From NCBI GenBank assembly GCA_030141605.1, contig JAQGDQ010001761.1, positions 1-26,458 of the forward strand: a DNA stretch of 26,458 bases, written 5' to 3'. Both the position numbers and the translations under genes were made by a program. Shown here one piece after another: positions 10,467 through 24,000 of this stretch. Origin of the DNA: Tubiluchus corallicola (Eukaryota; Animalia; Priapulida). The notes beneath the pieces were generated by a model that worked only from the letters and a program-made list of their open reading frames with translations, was not told the origin of the DNA and did no database searches. Position 1 is the first letter of the stretch, and each line of letters starts with the position of its first letter.

Positions 10467-11612
10467 GCAGAATATCACAGGTCAGTTGGTTTGTCATCAC
10501 TTGCAAAGCGAAGTCTATCCTAGGCACTAAGCTCTACAAATATCATGTCAGGATGTATGCTGATACCAAAATGACTTGCTTCTGTATCTCCTGCCACTTA
10601 CTCTCCCCTGCAAAAATTTTGCCAACCTTTCAAGTGCATTTTCGAGAGTTATCTCACTACATCTTAAGTAACCTGCTATTACCGGTACAATAATAATTGG
10701 CTCTTCCCATATTCTTCCTAACTCAACTGGGGAGATCAGTCATATTTTTCAAGCTTCTCTGTATATTTAGTTGTAATATTTGTATCCCATGGTACCGCTA
10801 CATCAAATAGCGATACCACTTTCTTGTCTTCCTTCTCGATTGCAGTTATGTCAGGGCATTAGTGGTGCATTACTTTATCTGTAAAAATGTTATAATTCCA
10901 AAGAATTTTTACTTTTTTATTTTCTCATCTGAATGATCCTATCCTGTTCCCATCTAAATGAACTTCTAAGCAATTCATATTTACCACACAAAGCCCAGTG
11001 AATGAGTTTGGCTACTCTGTCATGACATTTTTTATAATTGTGTTTTTGCCAAAGTTTACCCAAAATGTGTGCCACTGTTTCTTCTTTCTGGCAACAGAGT
11101 CTACAAAATGGATAATTAATAATTTCTAGTCTGTATGCTTTTATGGCCAATGCTTGGTCCGGCGCGGCAGCAAATAGCGATTCAGTACTGGGCTTTAGTG
11201 CACCAAATATTAATCACTGATAGCTTAGCCTAGGTTTGTCCTGTTCATCTATGGTTTTTTTAAACTTACTGTGCAAGACGCTTCTTTCCACTCGTCTATC
11301 TGTTCTCTCGGGCGCCTATCTTTGCATTCAATAATGGTTTCATCGCTCTTTGTAAGTCTGGCTTCATGGACACATTCTAAGAAAGGCTCCGTCTTTTTGC
11401 TAACGTACTCATTTAGATTGAGTGATTCGATCTGTATAGCATTATAAACACAACTAAGACCTGTACCACTCACATTTCATGGCACATACAATCTGTCTAC
11501 ATTTGTTTTAGGACGATGTGCTCGATGCATTGTAAACATTTTACGTTTCTTCCTAAGTTCTAAGAGCTTATTCTGATTCAAGCTTATAATCTCCCAAGGT
11601 ATCTCGTCAATG
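10467..11612 (-). mobile_element. 5'-truncated, degenerate R4/Dong-like non-LTR retrotransposon (CCHC and restriction-like endonuclease)
   Basis: CRLC..EETVAHIL, HDRVAKLIHWALC, and KILWNYNIFTDK..PDITAIEK..FDVAVPWD..EKLEKY (PD-D-K RLE) with stops and frameshifts; flanked by (TAA)-type repeats. Confidence 0.85.
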
Positions 11613-11614
11613 CA

Positions 11615-11710
11615 ACATTGTTATTATTGTTATCATCATCATTATCATCATTATCATCATAATTATCATTGTCATCATCATTATTATTATCATAATTTTT
11701 ATATTATTAA
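11615..11710. repeat. Mixed (CAT/TAT)n microsatellite
   Basis: Direct reading. Confidence 0.9.
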
Positions 11711-11859
11711 TCCATTATCAGTCACTAATATGACTGTACGTGTATTTCTTTTAAATATGTTTTTTATTGACTATACTAAAGTGCAACGGTCGCCAAAGTA
11801 GAAGGAAGGTTTCTAAGATGGTTGCGTATCGTGCATAACAAAAAATTGAATTGAATTGT

Positions 11860-11961
11860 TTCCGTTTCACGCGTTCACTGCTGAGGAGTTCAATATGGCT
11901 GCGCCCTGGGTGCTAAAGATTTAAGTCATGTATCGGCTATCAGCAATATTTAACTTTCGAA
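11860..11961 (+). promoter_or_regulatory. Putative CDK5RAP1 core promoter/5'UTR with AATATGGCTGCGCCC (YY1-like) and uORFs
   Basis: Locally GC/CpG-richer stretch with a YY1-like motif at 11892-11902, followed by a strong splice donor at 12024. Confidence 0.45.
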
Positions 11962-12023
11962 ATGTTTCATGGAACGTGCCATGTACCGTATCGATTTACT
12001 TCGTTTGTTGGGTTGCTAGTGAG
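11962..12023 (+). CDS. CDK5RAP1: CDK5RAP1 putative first coding exon ([20 protein letters not shown])
   Basis: Only ATG frame that joins the strong donor gag|gtaggt in phase 2 to the next exon; gives a basic, mitochondrial-presequence-like N-terminus; lies next to a promoter-like motif. Confidence 0.55.
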
Positions 12024-15000
12024 GTAGGTTGCTAGTGCTCCATTGAAAGTTTGTTTTTTGGTTATTTACTATTCAATTTACTTTGGTTATAATTCAATTT
12101 ATTGCGCAAATATGCACTTAACCTTACATACATTGACAACCTTACAAAAAACCTGACGTACTGCTACTTAGTTATACTAGCTTGTAGCATTATTTTCTAA
12201 ATAAACTACCGTCACCATAAACTTTTATTTTTTAAAAGAGAAACGAGAAAATTACAAGACGATCATCTGCTCCCCTACCCCCGCCATCCAATGCCGGATG
12301 CCCATTTAGCGTAATTTTCGCTGGTGGAAATTTATTTCCATGATATAGCTATTATGAGATACACAACGACCAGTACAAATTTTGTAATTTTTTGTCCACT
12401 TCAACATTACATTATCGCATTGTAACTATATTTCAAATCAATCACATGTATTACATTTCAAATCAATGTAATCACAATAATTATAAAAGAGCTATATTAG
12501 TGTAGTTACTAACTACATAATAATTTATCAACAGGAAAATATGCTGCATGGTGGTTGTGACACTCAGGCTTATTTTAGGCCAGGTTATGTAACTAGTTCC
12601 TACTGTTATAGTTCCACCATTTATAAAAGAAGTTTAGTTAAGATGTTTAACGGTATAATGACAGAAGCCAACCTGTTCTGAAATCAGATTTCACCTGTAC
12701 ATTCAATGATACTGTTTATGCATTACTACTATGTCAAGTGATTTTGGCTGTTCAGTTCGCCCAGGTATTCAGCTTTAAGTTGTCGAGTTAACCGGACGTT
12801 CTCATGTCATAAAATGATGGTTTAGTAGTAACGGTGCTTGCTTGTAGAAAAGCGATCTGTCTACTTGGTTACGACAGAGACGATAGTTGCATTCCAGCGA
12901 TGATACTTACCTGTTGCTGATTATATCTTCCTGACACTGATGATACATCACTTATTAAAGATTGTACTTACCAGTTGTCGATGATATCTGCTGTTGATGA
13001 TACTTACCCTCATTTACCCGTCGTTGATGGTACTGTCGTTGGTGCTTCCATGCTGTGATTACGAAATTGGTGATCCTTGCCTTGTGACGAGTGCAGGAGC
13101 TTGAAGGCTACCCTATTTTGGCATCATAAAAGTGAAGGCGAGAACGTCATCAGGAGTCGTCAAAGTTCGGAGACGTCGTTCACGTAATCAGATCAATGAA
13201 GAGGTAGTGTGGCCAACCGTTCTATGGTGCACCATTGTTCGATGAAGCCCCTGGTGAGGAGTCAGAGAGAGATGACGCGGAATGGGAGCACGAGAAAAGT
13301 CCCTTGATGATGCCAAGACAGGACTGGTGAAAAACGTTACGTTGTTCTTTCTTTTTTTTAGCCGGCTTAATCTTTATTATTACTATTTGTCTTGCAATGT
13401 AATTTGAGATATTCATTAAATTGTTGTATTATTTTATTAATTCAGTGGTTTCTTCCCAGTGTTTTCGACTAAGTGTTTTATTCTTTACCCAAGGGTTACA
13501 CTTAAGTCACAAACCACCTATTTGCAATAATCAAACGTAGACTACATCGTCACAGTGGTCAAGAAGCAAAGCTTGTAAGACCATCGTAAAAAAATGGAGA
13601 AAAAACTGCTTAACAAGATAAAAAATAGGAAAACAGAATAGTTAAGATAAAATAATAGACAAAGATAGAGAAAAAGAGAGAGAAATGAAATAGAAAGGAG
13701 TTCAGCAGGGGCGTGATGAAAACGTATGAAAATATAAACTGTAATATAACCAATCACGGGATGTACTGTAACTATCGCACTTCACGGCAAAACCCAAAAT
13801 ATGCATCATAAGAAAGATTTGAGGAGAAGAGATTTTATATATCTCTTAAAGTCATATAATTTTCGATATGTTGTGACGTAAATTGATATTTTATTCCATA
13901 GATTTGGAGCGGTAAATTTTAGAAAGTGTCTGGCAACATTAGTCCTGCAAAATGGAATATAATGTTCATAAAATCTAGTGAAGTGATGTTGGTGGGTGAT
14001 TACGTACGATGGGATTTATGAAACGCGGGGGTAATAAACTGTGGTGTGTTTTGTACAGATAGATAGCAAGGTGGTAAGAAACTAAGTCACAGAATTTTAA
14101 AATTCCACAGTTACAAAAAAGTATAGTTTCAATTGGGGCTTGTTTAGTTAAATTATAAGTGATTCTCAAAAACTTACGCTGGTGTCTGGCTAAGTAATTT
14201 AAATTTATTGGATATGTTTTCCCCCATAGAATACAACAGTAAGTTAAACAAGGTAATATTAGACAGTTATATAGTGAAATTTGTGTAATTTATTTTTAAT
14301 AATTGAGATGATGCAAACATTTTTTGCAATCTTTGAACTTATATAATTAATATGGGGTCTCCAATCAAGATTTTCATGAAGCATAATAGCTAAAAATTTT
14401 ATAGTTTTGACTCTTTCAATAACTACACCATCAATATACAGGGTACAATTATCAGGCAATTTTTTATTTCTGGAATGGAAAATAACACATTTTGTTTTTG
14501 TAGGATTTAATGATGTACATTTGCCTTGAACCAATCAGCAATTAATTTTAAGAGTTCATTTATTTCTGCAACAGAGTGATAACACAAGTCAAAAAACAGA
14601 GCAGTGTCATCGACAAATTGAAATAGATTATTTCTATTTAGTAACTTGCTTAGATCATTTATGTAAATTAAAAATAATGACGGTCCTAACATGGATCCTT
14701 GAGGCACACTGCATGTTATAGTTTGAGATTTAGAAAGACAATTATTACATCTGACTACTTGGATTCTGTTACACAGATAATTTTCAAACCAGTTATAGGC
14801 CAAACCTCGAATACCATAATGTGAGAGCTTATGACGAAGAATTGAATGGTCCATAGTGTCAAATGCTTTCGACGAGTTACAAAATATACCCGCAGCTATT
14901 GAATTTTTTTCGATCGTGTTTACAATTTGTTCACATACTTTAATTAGTGCTAACTCAGTGGAATAACGTTTTCGAAAGCCAAATTTATTATCATTAAGAA

Positions 15001-18000
15001 TATTATGATCGATTAAATATTTGTATAACTGATTGTGAACACATCTCTCCAGAATTTTAGAAAAGAATGGCAGTAATGAAACAGGCCGGTAATTATTTAA
15101 GCTAGTATTCGTCCACTTTTATACAAGGGTATAACCACAGATTCCTTCATTTTATCAGGTACCTTGCAAAGACTGAGAGATAAATTAATAATGTGGCACA
15201 TGGGAATTGCAATAATATCTGAAATAATCTTAGGTGATAAGCTGTCAATGCCTGAACTTTTGTTGGGATTGAGTGTTTTGTAAATGTAGATAACATCAGA
15301 AGGTATTACTGGTTCAAAAAAGAAAGAATTTGGGTAATTATCAGTCAAATACGTAGCAAAGTGTGCATTAGGTTTGGTAATCTTTTCAGCTAAATTTGAC
15401 CCAACATTAATAAAGTGTTGGTTAAAAGTGTCCGCTATTACTTGCTTATCAATTACAATTTTATTGCCAATTTTAAGTTTAATCTCGTTTAACGTTTTAC
15501 CCTTATTCATTATCTCTTTCATTGTAATCCAGGTTTTTTTAATATTATTTTTGTAAGTTTCCAATTTATTTCTATAATAATTATTTTTAGCTGTTCTGAT
15601 AAGATTATTAAAGGAGTTCCGATACCGTTTATAATGATTTGTAAGTGTACGGCCGTGGGTTTTCAATATTTTTTTATACATTTTATTTTTATTTCGTATA
15701 GACTGCAAAAGGCTGCGAGAAATCCAAGGTCTTTTAATTTTGTTAGAATTAACAGTTAGCTGCTTTTTTTAATATGAGCAGTGTAAACATTATTAAACTT
15801 CTGGTAAAACTGTTCAGTTGCTAGTAGTATCATCCCAATTAGTTATAGATAAATCCCTAATTAACGCATTTTTGATATTATTATTATAAGCTGTTATTTT
15901 CAAGTCAGATGTTTTTTGAATTGACAGACTCAAGTCCGTAATCAGAAATACAGGTAGATGGTCAGTTATGTCAGTTAGCAAATTACCTGCTTTATAATTA
16001 TACTGGATTATGTTTGTAAAAATATTATCAATTAATGCAGCTGTAATGTTAGTTAGTGGGATGTGCAACAGTTGGAAAGACATAGTTGGCAAACATCACA
16101 TCAAGGAAGTTTTTAGTATCATAATGAGTTTCATGGTTTAATGAATTGATGTAAAACAGTGATGTAAGTATAAGCGAGTAAAGTGAGAACGAGTGCCATA
16201 ACAGAGTGAAGCAAAGGTCGCTTTTATGTGACACAACACTCAACAGTAAGGCTTCTCAATCTTCATTGATGTAGGTGGTTCTGACTGGAGCCTGGAGGAG
16301 ACCTGAGATACACACTGAATTGTGCTAAAGCTTTAAGCCATGTTCAGCTGCACATATACATATACATCAATCCTAGCAAGAGATTGTTAGGAGCAGTATG
16401 GCTGAGTATTGCCATGGCAGTTGTTCTTGTGCATCGTGTACTAACCAGGTCTGGCATTTCTATCTTTCAAATGAATGAAATTGCCCCCCCCTCATTGTTT
16501 GTGTTCGTATTGTTTCTAGCGGAGATCTTTGAACTGACAGAGATTATTTAGTCCTTGGATGAACATGAATCTGTTGGTCTGAATTTATCAAACCCTCGGC
16601 CGGGCATGGGATCAAGTCTGTACTCATTAACTCATTGAAATCGTCTTAGTAACTTCAAAAAACAAGAGCACAAATCTCTGTCTCAAGCAAACAGACTAAG
16701 ATGACTGAAATTGACAGACTGTTGACTGTTTTTTCAGAAGAAAGTTGTTACTGAAAGGTAAAACCGAGAAGCGACGTCTTTCTCTGAACTGCCTCAGCAC
16801 AGCCACACATGAGGACAAATCAAATGTTACTTGCGAAAGTGATCATGAAACATTTGTTCCTTATCTACCTCCTAATACTTTCAGTGGCAGCAACAGAAAA
16901 GGTAGTATAATTTTTGTTCTTTAACCCTTTCACTACGTAGTTGCTTTTTAACAGCGCCTCATTGGCTTCTGCACATTTGACAATAACTTCTTGTGGTGTG
17001 TTACTAAAACAGAGTCTTGTAGATAAACAAATAGCCATTTGTTATTAAACACTAATATTGAATATAAGTTTTACTTATACACGTGCGCACACATCCGTGC
17101 ACACATACATGCACTCATGCACACACGCCCGTGCGCACCCAAACAAATAAGCACATATATTTAGAAGCTAAATTTTCACAAGTCATATTACTAATCTATA
17201 ATATGCAATTATTTTATAAAAATGCAGAACAAGTGACTAAACGCATTTCACCAATTATCAACAAGCAATTTTGCATGAGAACGTACTATGCAGTACAGTA
17301 CTATGGAATGCATCAGATGCTGATTGGCTGGTTAACGTTACTTGTTGTGAAGCAACCCCAATCCCATGGCTGCTAAATCTTTCTACAATGTTTTTGCATG
17401 GCCGTAGCAGTGAAATAAACAGACCTGAGTGACTGCGCTTAGTGCTGAACTTCAGCCGCCTTCTGTCCCATATATAAAAGACGTGGGCAGCAGTGCGTTG
17501 CCCTCCGTAGCAAAAGAGTTAATGGTTCGTGACTGTTTTGTCATAATATCTAGCTTTATATAAAGACTCAATAGATCATAGAATGAGTAAATTTCTTTTT
17601 TTTTAAATAACATTTTCCAATTATTATATCTGTTACAATAATCAGGTTTAAATTGCAGCGTTTAAAATTTATTTTTCACAGTATTTTTTGACGTCCATGG
17701 TTGTCAGATGAACGTCAGCGATACGGAGCTGGTGTGGTCTATTTTGAAAAAACACGGTTTTCAGAGGACTAAAATTCTTCAAGAGGTAGCTACAGAAAAC
17801 TCTAGTTTTTTGTTTAGATTATTAATTATAATATTGAAGTGCTGCGTATATGCTGGGTTTATAATTACTGCTATATTGCTAACTACTTATTGGTGAATAT
17901 TTCATTTACTACTATAGGTTTTGTATTTTTATTTTATAAGTCTACTTTCTATTTTTTACTCGAACATGTCAGGCTATCAATTTTTGGAGTGTGATAGAAT

Positions 18001-21000
18001 TATGCCATTATGATGAGATTGATTGAGAATTACCAGTTAGTGAAATTATATGAATTAATTACATACTAAGCTGTTGAAATAAACATTTTTCAGGCTCATG
18101 TTGTTTTAATTATGACGTGTGCAATACGCGAAGGCGCAGAGCAAAAAATCTGGAACAAACTCACAAACTTGGCAGCATTGAAGAAACGGAGGTCGTCTCA
18201 CAAAAACAATGATTTGCTCAGAATAGGTGTTTTAGGTAAGAAAGTCACTGTAATTTAATGTATTTACTATTTCCTTAATTCACTTCAGTTTAATTAACGT
18301 TTCAGTTGAAGGAATTTGTAAACAAAAAAACAAGATTTATAAGTATTTACTAATAGGTCAAGGGTCAGCTGTAAACAAGATTTATAAGTATTTACTAATA
18401 GGTCAAGGGTCAGCTGTGTGGTCTAAGCTCACAAAGATTTATTGACATAGCATTTGTTATGCTATGCATACATGTTTGTTTGTGGGTTTGTTTTATAATA
18501 ATAATAATCATTACATTTTAATAATAATAATAATATTTGGAATTATTTATATTTCTAAATACACATATCGCTTATCAAACAAAAATGGTTGACAAAAATA
18601 GCAAAGTTAGACATCATTGTCATTAATTGAAATGTACTTTTTGTCTTTATCTTGACTTCTGACTTTGTCTATCTTTTTGTTTATTTTGGATGTACAGCAA
18701 GTGCCGCTTAATAGGCTCACTTTGGGACGAAAGTGCTTTGAACCAATTAGCTGACTGAATCTATTATCTGACGGTTGTAGCATTATTACTATAAGACTAT
18801 GAATCATGACTCATCAACCGAATATGCACTGAGAGGGCTCTAAATGAATTTTAGAAATGGTTCCTTTTTCCCAATTATTTAAGAATACTAATTTATATAA
18901 GTGAATTAATAAAAAAAGAAAATGAAAAATTACAAAAATTCGTGCAAAGCCGGTTGCCTCATTTCTTCAGTTCTCATACTGTTAAAAACGTTGAAAATCT
19001 CTTGCTGTATTTCACACTTACTCACTTATAACGCCTGGTGCTTTACATACTTGAGCTACAGTTGGTAATGACGTTTTTGAGTCGATTAAGCGACTGACTC
19101 TATTAACCCTGAGTCTAATAAATCGCATCTATTGTATTTTTTATCTTTATTTCTATCCTTATATTTGTTTTTGTCTTTATCTGTATGCTTATTTTGTCTT
19201 TGTCTTTATTATTGTCGTAGTCTTCATTACTTCTTAATTCATAAGAAGCTTATGTTTGATTATGTTTCGTTAGGATGTATGGCAGAGAGATTGAAGAAAC
19301 AGATTATTGAAAAAGAACAGTTAGTAGACCTGGTAGCTGGTCCTGATTCATACAGGGATTTGCCACGAATGCTTGCCATTACAGAGTCCGGTCAAACGGC
19401 TGTTAATGTATTGTTGTCTTTAGATGAAACATATGCAGATATCCTTCCTGTCAGATTGAACGAAAATTCTAAGACTGCTTATGTGTGAGTGCTTGCATAT
19501 TTTACATAATTCATACAAGCTAAAATAAAAATGTGCGCGCTTTTTATAAACAAACGTTATTAAAACCACGGACCATCTAAAGTTGGTTTATTTTACTTTA
19601 AAATTGAATTAATTACAAATGTTCACACTAGGGATATTTCTGTTTCATTATCTCTGTTCAAATGTTTTCTCATTGAAACTAGGTTTAAGATTTAATTTTT
19701 AAGATTTAATATTTTATTTCAAACTTTACAAAGTTCATATACACAATCACAAATTAATACAAATAATACAATAAATTATGACACACAACAATAACACAAG
19801 TAACAATTAACGATATTACAAACTACACGAATATCGTTTAATTACAGAAGTAAAGTTTACATCATTGTTTAAAATGTTCTTGCATATAAAATTTTTACTC
19901 TTATTCAGCCTGACGTGTAAGCTGTATGCACATTTTCTGTGAATCACATCAAAATAAATAAGATTTAGTCTAGTAGAAATATATCTGGCGCTCGTATCAT
20001 ATGAAAAGTTAAACAGCTTCCGTGTTGATACATTATATGCAACTTTGAGTTTGCTAAGATTGTAAGAATAAAAATGTCTCCAAGTGGACATACAATAAAA
20101 AGTAGTACAGTAAGCATTAAACAATTGTCTCTTCACGTTAACTGAACAGTGAGTAAATTTCATGAGTAATTTATTTGCTTTACCAGTAAGTTGAATATTG
20201 TCGTAAAATATCCAAATCATCTCTATTGTCTTCGGATAAAATATGACCCAGATATTTTTCCTTTTTACTAGATACAAAACTTTTACACTGCAAAACAACA
20301 GACCCAAAAGTAAACTGCTGCATGTGGGCAGAGCAAAACATAACAAGTAAAGAATATGAATATGAATCAGTACAGTATTCACCTGCAGTGAATAATAAGT
20401 TCTTACAGAGGTCCACGTAATTTTGTTCTTATTGAAATTACCTGCATAACTGCTAAAATGCTTAACTTTTACTCTTATCCTACCTTGCATGGTATTAGTA
20501 AAATTTGTTTTTATAAATCATTGAACTGAGCTTTGTGATGACTTAATTTTCTTTTTAAAATTGCTTTATTTATTACACCTTATTAAAGTTGATAATGTTT
20601 GAGGAAAATACTTTTATGGTAAATCTAAAGCTCAATACTGCTAAGTGTTGAAACATTTGTCAAAGAAAATGCTGTTTCAAAAACTGAAAAAGTACAATAA
20701 TCTAAACTAACATTAACTTCATTATAAGAAAATAAAAGGTGGCATTGATTATGACAGTAAATTTAATACTCGTTTGATGGATGGACCAGTCATGTTATAT
20801 CTATAGGGTTTTTCTTGAAGTGTGCAGTTTTATTAATAATTTCTTTAACTCTAAATACACGAAAGAGCCAGCCTTTAGTAATTAAAGCAAAACCGGACGA
20901 TTGTTTAGACTCAATCTCATTTTAATTTACTGTCCAAAATATACATTTTCTTGCTTATATAAAAGTTAGCAATTGTTTCTTATATCTGAATAATTAGCTT

Positions 21001-24000
21001 AAAAAGTTAATTAACGGCAACCGAACACAGCTAACAGCTATTGCTTACATCAGAAACTAACCACAGTTTGTTGGATGGCAGGCGTCTTCCCTGGCGCATC
21101 AAGCACATTTGCGTAAGTGTTACTGCTTAAATGTGTGATGTCATGAAAATGGGCTCTATGCCATATGATGTCAGAAACTAGCACTGCAGTTCATGATCAT
21201 GGTTATCACGGTACCGTCTTCTATTTGTCGACCACGGGAATGTGACAAAAAGGCGCTGCTGCCAATCCTAGTAGATTCACTGAGCCGCGCGTAGCTTTGA
21301 AAGTTTAACAAATTTGAGTATTCGTGGTAATTATTATTTAATCTAAGCTTTGATGTACAAAAGGCTTTTGTAGTTTTCAATATTTTAGGGTATTCTTTAT
21401 TCTGAGCTCGTGTTTACGCAATCATCCAGTTTTCCTTTAACATGATCATTGAGCGTAGATGATCATTTTGACTGTAACAGTCATTGTCAGTACTATAAAT
21501 CAAACCTAAAACTCTTTTATTTACTTTTGCTGTACTTTATAGTGCAGTACATTCAAGTCGTCAAGTTTTATTTCTTCTTAATTTTCTCCTATTAACATCA
21601 AGTACACCCATTAGAACCATAAAGCATTTATTGTTTGCTGTTATGCACTTTTGTTTTCATGATGTATTTGATGTAGAATTTTTGCTGTTGTTTTAGCTCA
21701 GTGATGCGTGGGTGTGACAACATGTGCAGCTATTGCATAGTGCCATTCACCAGGGGGAGGGAGCGAAGTCGCCCCGTAGATTCCATTCTACGAGAAGTGA
21801 AAGCTTTGTCAGATCAGGTGAAGGATCTCTTTTACTTTCTTACATTTGCTGACTTCAGAAACGTCGTCAGGCATTTTCCATGCTTTGAATGCTTTGTTTA
21901 CATGGTTAGTTGTAAAGTTCCATAGCAGGACTTGAACAACACTGCAACAGTGGCGACACACTGTGACTTTATTTCTAAACAGTTGAAACGTCCTTAACGT
22001 TTTCTTAACTTGCTTTATTGAAGCTTTTTTTATGATTGTTCAAATGCAACATCAAACCCTGTTAAGATGTTAACGATAATCATACATGTCAATAATTACT
22101 CATTTTAATTTTCTTTTTAAATTGAACAAGTTTTAATAGCTGTTCATGTTTTGTGCTGTGTTAATACTTTTGGTTATTAACTTTTTAGGGAGTAAAAGAA
22201 GTGACATTATTAGGCCAGAATGTCAACAGTTACAGGGACACATCCGATGGATGCCAATATCCGTCTGTTGGGTCACATACCTCAAAAACTAGTCGAGGAT
22301 TTTCTACTGTATATAAACCAAAACAAGGCGGAATCAGGTGAATTTAATAAAATTATTTAAAGAAATTATTTTGAATTATTTAAAGAAAAAAAATTGACAT
22401 TTTTAAAGGGACACCAGTTTATAAGGCTTTCTTTTTATTTCTGTGGAAGTACAGTTTGCTACTAAACAAAATTGCTAGTTTGGTAAGTTATTTAGAATGT
22501 CTATCTCTCATAATTTTTTTATCATAACGTAAAATTAATCATTTTCCTATCAGTGCTGACGTGTATCAACACCCCAGATTTGGTGCTCAGATTTCACGGG
22601 AATTTCTTGTTTAGTGAGTCATTGTAGTAACGTTGACAAAGGAATGGTAGTTTTATAATCACCAGCAGAAAAGTAAAGGAAAAACGACATGACTTAAGCG
22701 AGAAATTTAATTTTATCAAAATTTTATTTCCCTAATTAACTGTGAGTTCGACAGGCAGGTACAAAATCATTCGTGTCAACATCTTGCTGTGTGAAGTTTC
22801 CTGAAACTTGTGTGGAAAAAATTCAGTATTTATAGTTCGTTTACAGATGCATGTTCTCCATAAACAGGTTATTTTTAATATCGGTCATTGCTAAAGTTAT
22901 CATATGAAATTCAATTTTGCTTTTGTTACATCCACTGCTGTCCATGTTTATTGTGGATTTTCTATATTTGTAGGTTTGCAGAACTACTGAACAGAGTTGC
23001 TGAAGTGGATGGTGAAATGAGAATCCGCTTTACGTCTCCACATCCAAAAGATTTTCCAGATGAAGTACATTATTCTCTGCAGTTAATTTTGTACACTTTC
23101 TATACTATACTGTACCCGAATGTAATCAACACTGTTTATTAATGTAATTAAATGGTTACTTTCCAATGCAGAGGCATCAAGTAACTTGAATACAGGATGT
23201 TTATAAACTTTTGCTAGGGTACAAAAACAACAAGTGATAGTACAGAATAACTTGTTACATCAGGTTAGTACTGAAACGGAGGGAATGTTTCAGCAGGGAT
23301 CTACCATGCTTTCAATATCTAACATGGAAGCCTCGTGCATCTTGCACAGCGTGTATTTTGATAGGCGCCGTTGGAGCAGTAGAAAACTCTGAGATTGGCC
23401 AGAAATGCGCCAGACATCAACCTCATTGGAGCTTTCCTGAAAGGTAGATTGTAGGTTAAGATAATCCAAGAACATCTCAATGATCTCAGCTTGTGAGACA
23501 AGCAGAAAGTGATGGAGAATCTTGACTTTTGGCAACGATCATTTCAGCCATACCATTCAAGATTGCAGGCTTGTGATGCATGTGGCTCCCACACTTAATA
23601 TTGAGGGCGTGGTTAATTCTGCATTGTTCCTGCAGGTCTCTGATGTAATGAATTGTTCTGTACTACATTGTTTATGTTCCCTCCTAGCAGAAGGTTATGT
23701 ACCTTCCTAGCAGAAGGTTATGCTTCCCTCCTAGCAGAAGGTTATGTACCTTCCTAGCAGAAGGTTATGCTTCCCTCCTAGCAGAAGGTTATGTTCCCTC
23801 CTAGCAGAAGATTATGCTCCCTCCTAGCAGAAGATTATGCTCCCTCCTAGCAGAAGATTATGTTCCCTCCTAGCAGAAGATTATGCTCCCTCCTAGCAGA
23901 AGGTTATGTACCTTCCTAGCAGAAGGTTATGCTCCCTCCTAGCAAGGTTATGCACCTTCCTAGCAGAAGATTATGCTCCCTCCTAGCAGAAGATTATGTT

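Noticed and set aside
11610-11801. His-rich ORF
   Set aside because: Translation of the (CAT/TAT)n microsatellite
13975-16243. Active reverse transcriptase gene
   Set aside because: Multiple frameshifts and stops; 5'-truncated relic
16560-16630. tRNA/SINE-like segment
   Set aside because: No convincing A/B boxes or cloverleaf; no RNA gene could be supported anywhere in the window
16735-16740. NAGNAG acceptors (also 25918-25923) as a regulatory feature
   Set aside because: Common motif that changes only one residue; no evidence of use
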